Source: Octopus bimaculoides (Eukaryota). Taken from it: a DNA stretch of 64,000 bases. Where the stretch lies: assembly GCF_001194135.2 (NCBI RefSeq), contig NC_069003.1:1446135-1510134 (forward strand). The letters run 5' to 3'. The notes under the pieces were generated by a model. That model had not been told where the DNA came from. It did no database searches and worked only from the letters and a program-made list of their open reading frames with translations. This document shows, piece after piece, positions 52,801 to 64,000 of this stretch. The translations under genes were made by a program, and so were the position numbers. How positions within the stretch are numbered: position 1 is the stretch's first letter; each line of letters starts with the position of its first letter.

Positions 52801-55800
52801 CCTTACGTTCATTCGCTCGTTCATCGTACATACGTTCATTCTTTCGTTCATCGTACGTACGTTCGTACTTTCGTTCGTTCATTCGTTCGTACAAAGGTCC
52901 GTTCGTACGTTAATACGTACGTACGTAAGTCCATTCGTTAGTTCGTTCGTTCGTCCTTCCGTCCGTTCTGACGTATGTACTTACGTTCGTCCATTCTTGC
53001 ATTCCTTCGTTCGATTGCTCGTTCGTTCGTATGTACTATCGTTCGTTCGTTCGTTCCTTCATTTCGTACGTACGTTGATTCGCTGGTTCGTTCGTACGTA
53101 CGTACGTTCCTAATTTCGTTCGTTCGTTCGTTCGTGCGTACGTACTATCGTGCGTTCGTACATCCTTACGTTCATTCGCTCGTTCATCGTACATACGTTC
53201 ATTCTTTCGTTCGTTCATTTGTTCGTACAAACGTACGTACGTACGTACGTACGTATATACGTTTGTTGATTTGTACGTGCGTTCGATCTTTTGTGCATTC
53301 GTACGTGCATACGTTCGTTCGTTAGTTCCTTCGTTCGGAGGTACGTACGTGCGTTCCTACGTCCATTCTTCTGTTCGTTCGTACGTTCGTTCTTTCGATC
53401 GTACGTACGTACGTTNNNNNNNNNNNNNNNNNNNNNNNNNNNNNNNNNNNNNNNNNNNNNNNNNNNNNNNNNNNNNNNNNNNNNNNNNNNNNNNNNNNNN
53501 NNNNNNNNNNNNNNNTCGTTCGTTCCTTCATTTCGTTTGTTCGTTCGTTCGTACTATCGTTCGTTTGTACATACGTACGTACGTACGTTCATTCGCTCAC
53601 TCGTTCGTACGTACGTTTGTTCGTACGTACGTTCGTTCGTTCTTTCGTTCATCGTACGTACGTTCGTACTTTCGTTCGTTCATTCGTTCGCACAAAGGTC
53701 CGTTCGTACGATAATACGTACGTACGTAAGTCCATTCGTTAGTTCGTTCGTACGTTCGTTCGTTCGTTCGTTCGTTCGTACGTACATTCGTTCGTACTAT
53801 CGTTCGTTCGTCCTTCCGTCCGTTCGTTAGTTCCTTCGTTCGGAGGTACGTACGTGCGTTCCTACGTTCGTTCTTCTGTTCGTTCGTACGTTCGTTCTTT
53901 CGATCGTACGTACGTACGTACGTTCGTTCGTTCGTACGATCGTTCCTTCGTTAGTTCGTACGTACGTACTATCGTGCGTTCGTACGTCCCTTCATTTCGT
54001 TCGTTCGTACGTACGTACTATCGTGCGTTCGTACATACTTACGTTCATTGGATCGTTCGTTCGTACGTACGTACGTTCGTTCTTTCGTTCATCGTACGTA
54101 CGTTCATACTTTCGTTCGTACAAACGTACGTATGTACGTATATACGTTCGTGCGTTCGATCTATAGTTCGTTATTTTGTGCATTCGTACGTATATACGTT
54201 CGTTCGTTAGTTCGTTCGTTCGTAGGTACATGCGTGCGTTCTTACGTTCGTTCGTTCGATCGTCCGTACGTACGTACTATCGTTCTTTCGTTATTTCGTT
54301 CGTACGTTCGTTCGTTCGTCCATACGAACGTGCGTTCGATCGTGTGTACGTTCTTTTGTGCATTCGTACGTACATACGTTCGTTCGTTAGTTCTTACGTT
54401 CGTACGTCCGTAGGTACACACGTACGTTACTACATTCGTACGTTCGTTCAACGTACGTACGTTCGTTGTTTCGTTCGTTCGTTCATCGTACGTACGTTCG
54501 TTTTTTTCGTTCGTTTATTCGTTAGTACAAACGTACGTACGTACGTATATACGTTCGTTCGTTCGTTTGTACGTGCGTTCTATCGTTTGTTCGTTCTTTT
54601 GTGCCTTCGTTCCTACATACGTTCGTTCGTTAGTTCGTTCGTTCGAAGGTACGTACGTACGTTCCTACGTTCGTTCTTGCATTCCGTTCTTGCATTCCTT
54701 CGTTCGATCGCTCGTTCGATCGTATGTACTAGCGTTCGTTCGTTCCTTCATTTCGTTCGTTCGTACATACGTACGTACGTACGTTCATTCGCTCGCTCGT
54801 ACGTTCGTTCGTTCGTTCGTACGTACATTCGTTCGTTCGTTCTTTCGTTCATCGTATGTACGTTCGTACTTACGTTCGTACAAACGTACGTATGTACGTA
54901 TATACGTTCGTTCGTTTGTACGTGCGTTTGATCTATACTTCGTTATTTTGTGCATGCGATGTATATACGTTCGTTCGTTCGTAGGTACATACGTGCGTTC
55001 TTACGTTCGTTCGTTCGATCGTCCGTACGTACGTACTATCGTTCGTTCGTTATTTCGTTCGTACGTTCGTTCGTTCCTTCATACGAACGTGCGTTCGATC
55101 GTTTGTTCGTTCTTTTGTGCATTCGTACGTACATACGTTCGTTCGTTAGTTCTTACGTTCGTACGTCCGTAGGTACACACGTACGTTCCTACATTCGTAC
55201 GTTCGTTCAACGTACGTACGTTCAACGTACGTACGTTCGTTGTTTCGTTCGTTCGTTCATCGTACGTACGTTCGTTTTTTTCGTTCGTTTATTCGTTAGT
55301 ACAAACGTACGTACGTACGTATATACGTTCGTTCGTTCGTTTGTACGTGCGTTCGATCGTTTGTTCGTGCGTTCGATCGTTTGTTCGTTCTTTTGTGCCT
55401 TCGTTCCTACACACGTTCGTTCGTTAGTTCGTTCGTTCGTAGGTACGTACGTACGTTCCTACGTTCGTTCTTGCGTTCGTTCGTGCGTTCGTTCATGCTT
55501 ACGTCCGTACGTTCGTTCATTCGTTTGTCCGTACGTTCCTAATTCCGTTCTTGCATTCCTTCGTTCGATCGCTCGTTCGTTCGTTCGTTCCTTCATTTCG
55601 TTTGTTCGTTCGTTCGTACTATCGTTCCTTCCTTCCTTCATTTCGCTTGTTCCTTCTTTTCGTTCTTTCGTCCGTTCGTACGTACGTACTATCGTGCGTT
55701 CGTACATACGTACGTACGTTCATTCGCTTGTTCGTTCGTACGTACATACGTTCGTTCGTTAGCTCGTTCGTTCGTACGTCCGTAGGTACGTACGTACGTT

Positions 55801-58800
55801 CCTGCGTTCGTTCTTGCGTTCGTTCGTGCTTACGTTCGTACGTTTGTTCGTTCGTTCGTTCGTACGTTCCTAATTCCGTTCTTGCATTCCTTCGTTCGAT
55901 TGCTCGCTCGTTCGTATGTACTATCGTTCGTTCGTTCGTTTCTTCATTTCGTACGTACGTTCATTCGTACGTACGTACGTTCCTAAATTCGTTCGTACGT
56001 ACGTTCGTACGAATGTACGTACGTACGTTCGTTAGTTCGTTCGTTCGTTCATCGTACGTACGTTCGTTCTTTCGTTCGTTCATTTGTTCGTACAAACGTA
56101 CGTACGTACGTACATATATACGTTTGTTGATTTGTACGTGCGTTCGATCTTTTGTGCATTCGTACGTGCATACGTTCGTTCTTCTGTTCGTTCGTATGTT
56201 CGTTCTTTCGATCGTACGTACGTACGTCCGTTCGTTCGTACGATCGTTCCTTCGTTAGTTCGTACTATCGTGCGTTCGTACGTCCCTTCATTTCGTTCGT
56301 TCGTACGTACGTACTATCGTGCGTTCGTACATACTTACGTTCATTCGCTCGTTAGTTCGTACGTACGTTCATTCTTTCGTTCATCGTACGTACGTTCGTA
56401 CTTTCGTTCGTACAAACGTACGTATGTACGTATATACGTTCGTGCCTTCGATCTATAGTTCGTTATTTTGTGCAATCGTACGTATATACGTTCGTTCGTT
56501 AGTTCGTTCGTTCGTAGGTACATACGTGCGTTCTTACGTTCGTTCGTTCGATCGTCCGTTCGTTCGTACGTTCGTTCGTTCCTTCATACGAACGTGCGTT
56601 CGATCGTTTGTTCGTTCTTTTGTGCATTCGTACGTACATACGTTCGTTCGTTAATTCTTACGTTCGTACGTCCGTAGGTACACACGTACGTTCCTACATT
56701 CGTACGTTCGTTCGTTCGTTCGTTTGTCCGTACGTTCCTAATTCCGTTCTTGCATTCCTTCGCTCGTTCGTTCGTACGTACGTACTATTGTGCGTTCGTA
56801 CATACGTAGGTTCATTCGCTCGTTCGTTCGTACGTACGTTCGTTCTTTCGTTCATCGTATGTACGTTCGTACTTTCATTCGTACAAACGTACGTATGTAC
56901 GTATATACGTTCGTTCGTTTGTACGTGCGTTTGATCTATAGTTCGTTATCTTGTGCATTCGTACTTATATACGTTCGTTCGTTCGTAGGTACATACGTGC
57001 GTTCTTACGTTCGTTCGTTCGATCGTCCGTACGTACGTACTATCGTTCGTTCGTTATTTCGTTCGTACGTTCGTTCGTTCCTTCATACGAACGTGCGTTC
57101 GATCGTTTGTTCGTTCTTTTGTGCATTCGTACGTACATACGTTCGTCCGTTATTTCATTGGTACGAACGTACGGTCCTAAGTTTGTTCTTGGGTTCGTTC
57201 GTTCGATCGCTCGTTCGTTCGTTCCTCCATTTTGTTCGTTCGTTCTTTCGTTCCTTCATTTCGTTCGTTCCTTCTTTTCGTTCTTTCGTCCGTTCGTACG
57301 TACGTACAATCGTGCGTTCGTACACACGTAGTACGTTCATTCGCTTGTTCGTTCGTACGTACATACGTTCGTTCGTTAGTTCGTTCGATCGTACGTCCGT
57401 AGGTACGTACGTACGTTCCTGCGTTCGTTCTTGCGTTCGTTCGTGCTTACGTTCGTTCGTTCGTTCGTCCGTACGTTCCTAATTCCGTTCTTGCATTCCT
57501 TCGTTCGAATGCTCGTTCGTTCGTATGTACTATCGTTCGTTCGTTCGTTCCTTCATTTCGTACGCACGTTCATTCGCTCGTTCGTTCGTACGTACGTTCG
57601 TTCTTTCGTTCATCGTACGTACGTTCGTACTTTCGTTCGTACAAACTTACGTATGTACGTATATACGTTCGTGCGTTCGATCTATAGTTCGTTATTTTGT
57701 GCATTCGTACGTATATACGTTCGTTCGTAGATACATACGTGCGTTCTTACGTTCGTTCGTTCGATTGTCCGTACGTACGTACTATCGTTCTTTCGTTACT
57801 TCGTTCGTACGTTCGTTCGTTCGTTCATACGAACGTGCGTTCGATCGTTTGTTCGTTCTTTTGTGCATTCGTACGTACATACGTTCGTTCGTTAGTTCTT
57901 ACGTCCGTAGGTACACACGTACGTTCCTACATTCGTACGTTCGTTCATCGTACGTACGTTCGTTGTTTCGTTCGTTCGTTCATCGTACGTACGTTCGTTT
58001 TTTTCGTTCGTTTATTCGTTAGTACAAACGTACATACGTACGTATATACTTTCATTCGTTCGTTTGTACGTGCGTTCGATCGTTTGTTCGTTCTTTTGTG
58101 CCTTCGTTCCTACATACGTTCGTTCGTTAGTTCGTTCATTCGTAGGTACGTACGTACGTTCCTACGTTCGTTCTTGCGTTCGTTCGTGCGTTCGTTCATG
58201 CTTACGTCCGTGCGTTCGTTCGTTCGTTTGTCCGTACGTTTCTAATTCCGTTCTTGCATTCCTTCGTTCGATCGCTCGTTCGTTCGTACGTTCTAGCGTT
58301 CGTTCGTTCGTTCGTTCCTTCATTTCGTTTGTTCGTTCGTTCGTACTATCGTTCGTTCTTACATACGTACGTACGTACGTTCATTCGCTCGCTCGTTCGT
58401 ACTAATTCGTTCGTTCGTTCATCGTACGTACGTTCATTTGTTCGTACAAACATACGTACGTACGTACGTGTATACGTTTGTTGATTTGTACGTGCGTTCG
58501 ATCTTTTGTGCATTCGTACGTACATACGTTCGTTCGTTCGTTAGTTCCTTCGTTCGTAGGTACGTACGTGCATTCCTTCGATCATTCTTCTGTTCGTTCG
58601 TATGTTCGTTCTTTCGATTGTACGTTCGTTCGTTCGTACGATCGTAATATCGTGCGTTCGTACGTACGTACTATCGTGCGTTCGTACGTCCTTTCATTTC
58701 GTTCGTTCGTACGTACGTACTATCGTGCGTTCGTACATACTTACGTTCATTCGCTCGTTCGTTCGTACGTACGTTCGTTCTCTCGTTCATCGTATGTACG

Positions 58801-61800
58801 TTCGTACTTTCGTTCGTACAAACGTACGTATGTTCGTATATACGTTCGTTCGTTTGTACGTGCGTTCGATCTATAGTTCGTTATTTTGTGCATTCGTACG
58901 TATATACGTTCGTTCGTTAGTTCGTTCGTTCGTAGGTACATACGTGCATTCGTTCGTTCGATCGTCCGTACGTACGTACTATCGTTCGTTCGCTATTTCG
59001 TTCGTACGTTCGTTCGTTCCTTCATACGAACGTGCGTTCGATCGTTTGTTCGTTCTTTTGTGCATTCGTACGTACATACGTTCGTTCGTTAGTTCTTACG
59101 TTCGTACGTCCGTAGGTACACGCGTACGTTCGTTCATCGTACGTACGTTCGTGCTTACGTTCGAACGTTCGTTCGTTCGTTTGTCCGTACGTTCCTAATT
59201 CCGTTCTTGCATTCCTTCGTTCGATCGCTCGTTCGTTCGATCGCTCGTTCGTTCGTACGTACTAGCGTTCGTTCGTTCGTTCCTTCATTTCGTTTGTTCG
59301 TTCGTTCGTACTATCGTTCGTTCGTACATACGTACGTACGTACATTCATTCGCTCGCTCGTTCGTACGTACGTTCGTTCGTACGTAAATTCGTTCGTTCG
59401 TTCTTTCGTTCATCGTACGTACGTTCGTACTTTCGTTCGTTCATTCGTTCGTACAAAGGTCCGTTCGTACGTTAATACGTACGTACGTAAGTTTATTCGT
59501 TAGTTCGTTCGTTCGTCCTTCGGTCCGTTCGTCCTTCGGTCCGTTCTGACGTATGTACGTACGTTCGTCCGTTATTTCATTCGTACGAACGTACGATCCT
59601 AAGTTCGTTCTTGGGTTCGTTCGTTCGATCGCTCGTTCGTTCGTTCGTTCCTTCATTTCGTTCGTTCCTTCTTTTCGTTCGTTCCTACGTCCGTAGGTAC
59701 GTACGTACGTTCCTGCGTTCGTTCGTGCTTACGTTCGCACGTTCGTTCGTTCGTTCGTCCGTACGTTCCTAATTCCGTTCTCGCATTCCTTCGTTCGATT
59801 GCTCGTTCGTTCGTATGTACTATCGTTCGTTCGTTCGTTCCTTCATTTCGTACGAACGTTCATTCGCTCGTTCGTTCGTACGTACGTTCATTCTTTCGCT
59901 CATCGTACGTACGTTCGTACAAACGTACGTATGTACGTATATACGTTCGTTCGTTAGTTCGTAGGTACATACGTGCGTTCTTTCGATCGTCCGTACGTAC
60001 GTACTATCGTTCGTTCCTTCATTTCGTACGTACGTTCATTCGCTCGTTCGTTCGTACATACGTACGTTCACTCGCTCGTTCGTTCGTACATCGTATGTAC
60101 GTTCGTACTTTCGTTCGTACAAACGTACGTATGTACGTACGTTCGTTCGTTTGTACGTGCGTTCGATCTATAGTTCGTTATTTAGTGCATTCGTACGTTT
60201 ATACGTTCGTTCGTTAGTTCGTTCGTTCGTAGGTACATACGTGCGTTCTTACGTTCGTTCGTTCGATCGTCCGTACGTATGTACTATCGTTCTTTCATTA
60301 TTTCGTTGGTACGTTCGTTCGTTCCTTCATACGAACGTGTGTTCGATCGTTTGTTCGTTCTTTTGTGCATTCGTACGTACATACGTTCGTTCGTTAATTC
60401 TTACGTTCGTACGTCCGTATGTACACACGTACGTTCCTACGTTCGTTCATCGTACGTACGTTCGTTTATTCGTTCGTTCGTACTATTGTGCGTTCGTACA
60501 TACGTACGAATAACGATCGAACGACCGAACGTACGTACGAACGAACGTTCGAACGAACTAAGAAATGAACTTATGTACGTACGTATTAACGTACGAGCGG
60601 ACGAAATATCGTACGTACGTACGTTTGTACGAACGAATGAACGAAAGTACGAACGAACGTACGTATGAACGAACGAACGAACGAACGAACGAACGATAGT
60701 ACGTACGAACAAAAAAACGATCGATAGCATGTTCAAACGAACGATCGTATATATGTACGTACGTACGTATGTAGGAACGAATGAACAAACGAACGAACGA
60801 ACGTACGTACGTACGACCGAACGTACGAACGTACGTACGTACTAACGAACGTACGATCGAACTAACGAAATATTGTACGTACGTAATACGTATATACGAT
60901 CAAACGAACGAGCGATCAAATGAACGAACGCAAGAACGAATTTAGGAAAGTAATTTCGTAGGAATGAAATAATGAACGAACGTACGTACATACGTCCGAA
61001 CTGACAGACGAAATGACAGACGAACGAACGTACGTTCGAATGAAAGTACGTACGAACGAAAGAAAGAACGTACTTACGTAAGCAAAAAGGAAGGCACGAA
61101 CGAACGCAACAACGAAAGTAGGAATGTACGTATGACGAACGAACGAACGAAAGAACGAACGTACGAACGATCGGAAGAACGAACGAACGTACGTATGTAC
61201 GAACGAACGTACGTACGTACGAACGAACGTACGTACGTACGAACGATCGAAAGAACGAACGTACGAACGAGCGCAAGAACGATCGTAGGAACGCACGTAC
61301 GTACCTACGAACGGACGAACTAACTAACCAACGTATGTACGTACGAATGCACCAAAGATCGAACGAACGTACAAACGAACGAACGTACGTAGGTACGTAC
61401 GTTTGTACGAACAAATGAACGAACGAAAGAATGAACGTATGAACGAACGAACGTACGTACGTACGAACGAAGGAACGTACGTACGTTCGTACGAACGTAC
61501 GTACGTACGAACGAACGAGCGAATGCAAGAACGAAATTAGGAACGTACGGACGAACGAACGCACGAACGAACGCAAGAACGAACGTAGGAACGTACGTAC
61601 GTTTGTACGAACGAATGAACGAACGAAAATACGAACGTACGTACGATGAACGAACGATAAAACGAACGTACGTACGATGAACGAACGAACGAACGAACGA
61701 ACGTACGTACGTACGAACAAGCGAATGAACGTACGTACGTATGTACGCACGCACGATAGTACGTACGTAGGAACGGACGGACGAACGAAATGCAGTAAAT

Positions 61801-64000
61801 GAAGAAACGAACGAACGAGCGATCGAACGAACGAACACAAGAACGAACTTAGGATCGTACGTTCGTACGAATGAAATCACGTACGAACGTACGTACATAC
61901 GTCCAAACGGACGGAAGGACGAACGAATGAACGTACGAAATAACGAAAGGACGATAGTACAAACTATCGAACGGACGAACGTACGTACGAACGAACGAAC
62001 GTATGTACGAACGAAAGAACGATCGTACGTACATATGCAAGAAACAACTCAGGAACGAACGCACGAACGAACGTAGGAACGTGTGTACGTACCTACGAAC
62101 GAAAGAACTAACGAACGATCGTATGTACGTACGAATGCACGAAAGAACGAACAAACGATCGAACGCACGTTCGTACGAACGAACGAACGAACGAAATAAC
62201 GAACGAACGATAGTACTACGTACGAACGAACGAACGTACGTACGAACGAACGATCGTACGTAAGAACGAACGAACTAACGAATGAACTTACGTAGTACTA
62301 TGTACGTACGAACGGACGAAATATCGTACGTAGGTAATTACGTATGTACGATCGAATGGACGAACGAACGTACGTACGTAAGTGCGTACGAACGAACTAT
62401 CGATCGAATGGACGAACGCAAGAACGAACTTAGGAAAGTACGTTCGTAGGAATGAAATAACGAAGGAACGTACGTATAACGTCCAAACGGAGGGACGGAC
62501 GAACGAACGTAAGAACGTACGTCCGTACGATCGAACGAACGATCGTAAGAACGAACGAACGTACGTACGTACGATCGAATGAACGAACGAACGTACGTAC
62601 GATCGAATGAACGAACGAACGTACGTACGTACGATCGAATGAACGAACGTACGAACTAACGAACGAACGTATGTACGTACGAATTCACAAAAGATCGAAC
62701 GCACGTACAAACGAACGAACGTATATACGTACGTACGTTTGTACGAACAAATGAACGAACGAAAGAATGAACGTACGTACGATGAACGAAGGAACGTACG
62801 TACGTTCGTACGAACGTACGTACGTACGAACGAACGAGCGAATGAACGTACGTATGTATGTATGTACGAAAGCACGATAATACGCACGTACGAACGAAAT
62901 GAAGGAACGAACGAACGAACGATAGTACGTACGAACGAACGAGTGATCGAACGAAAGAATGCAAGAACGAAATTAGGAACGTACGGACGAACGTGCGAAG
63001 GTAAGCACGAACGAACGCACGAACGAACGCAAGAACGAACGTAGGAAGGTACGTATTTACCTACGAACGAACGAACTATGTACGTACGAACGAACAAGCG
63101 AATGAACGTACGTATGTACGAACGATAGTACGTACGGACGAACGAACGAAAGGAAGGAACGAACGAAATGAGGGAACGAACGAACGAGCGAATGAACGCA
63201 AGAATAAACTTAGGATCGTACGTTCGTACGAACTGACGGAAGGACGAACGAATGAACGTACGAAATAACGAACGAACGATAGTACGCACGTACGAACGAT
63301 CGAACGAACGTACGAACGAACTAACGAATGAACCTACGTACGTACGTATTAACGTACGAACGGACGAAATATCGTACGTACGTAATTACGTATGTACGAT
63401 CGAATGAACGAACGAACGTACGTACATACGTCCGAACGAACGAACTTGCGTACGTACGAACGTAATTACGAAGGAAAGAACGTGCGTACGAACGAAAGAA
63501 CGAACGTACGTACGTACGTAAGCACGAACGAACGCACGAATGAACGCAAGAACGAATGTAGGACCGTACGTACGTACCTACGAACGAACGAACTAACGTA
63601 TGTACGTACGAATGCACAAAAGAACGAACAAACGATCGAACGCACGTTCAAACGAACGAACGTATATACATACTTACGTATGTACGAACGAATGAACGAA
63701 CGTACGTACGTACGTACGAACGAACGTACGTGCGAACGTACGAACGTACGAATGAACGTACGCAAGTACGTACGAACGAACAAACGAACGAATGTACAAT
63801 TGAACGAAAGAACAACGAACGTACGTACGTACAAACGAAGGAACGAACGTACCTTATTACGAAGGTTCGAACGAACGTACGACCGAACTAACGGATGAAC
63901 CTACGTACGTACGATCGAACGAAAGGACGTGCCTACGTTATTACGTATGTACGACCGAACGAACGAACGAACGATCGAAATAACGAACACAAGGACGATC
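37832..64000. repeat. Complex TACG/TTCG tetranucleotide-derived satellite, >26 kb, running off the window edge
   Basis: Seen directly as interleaved (TACG)n and (TTCG)n with recurring longer words. It is TTCG-oriented at ~37832-38458 and ~40150-60505, and CGAA-oriented at ~38461-40145 and ~60506-64000. Confidence 0.98.

Noticed and set aside
40150-60505. CRISPR-like reading of recurrent words separated by variable sequence
   Set aside because: The intervening sequence is the same low-complexity tetramer repeat rather than unique spacers, spacing is irregular, there are no cas genes, and the context is eukaryotic.
37788-63898. Long RSFV/RTYV/NERT-repeat ORFs (up to 963 aa including X)
   Set aside because: Tetramer repeats of TACG/TTCG rarely create stops, and ORFs occur in all frames on both strands with the same four-residue cycles. 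Nothing indicates selection for a protein.
37832-64000. Array of UUCG tetraloops as a structured RNA
   Set aside because: The extra-stable loop needs a C(UUCG)G closing pair. Here TTCG is almost always flanked by g...t, and cttcgg is rare.

Overview
Eukaryotic, AT-rich, repeat-dense scaffold sequence with many N gaps. It is most consistent with an octopus (coleoid cephalopod) short-read assembly; this is inferred from my recollection of the SINE families and was not database-checked. No intact protein-coding gene, rRNA, tRNA or CRISPR array is supported, and almost all supplied ORFs are artefacts of microsatellites, the tetramer satellite or N runs. Positions 1-37.8 kb hold microsatellites, tRNA-derived SINEs (mostly on the minus strand), decayed mariner and LINE (Tx1/L1-like, RTE-like) fragments, and three long-stem foldback elements, one carrying TTAGGG repeats and G-quadruplex motifs. 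They also hold three different repeat copies within 3.7 kb (22.5-26.2 kb) that each fold as a degenerate type I hammerhead ribozyme of the kind known from Penelope-like elements and retrozymes. Positions 37.8-64 kb are a >26 kb CpG-saturated satellite built from TACG/TTCG tetramers. It has a shuffled library of longer modules and three orientation switches that fall on self-complementary sequence. The satellite and the hammerhead cluster are the most promising leads.
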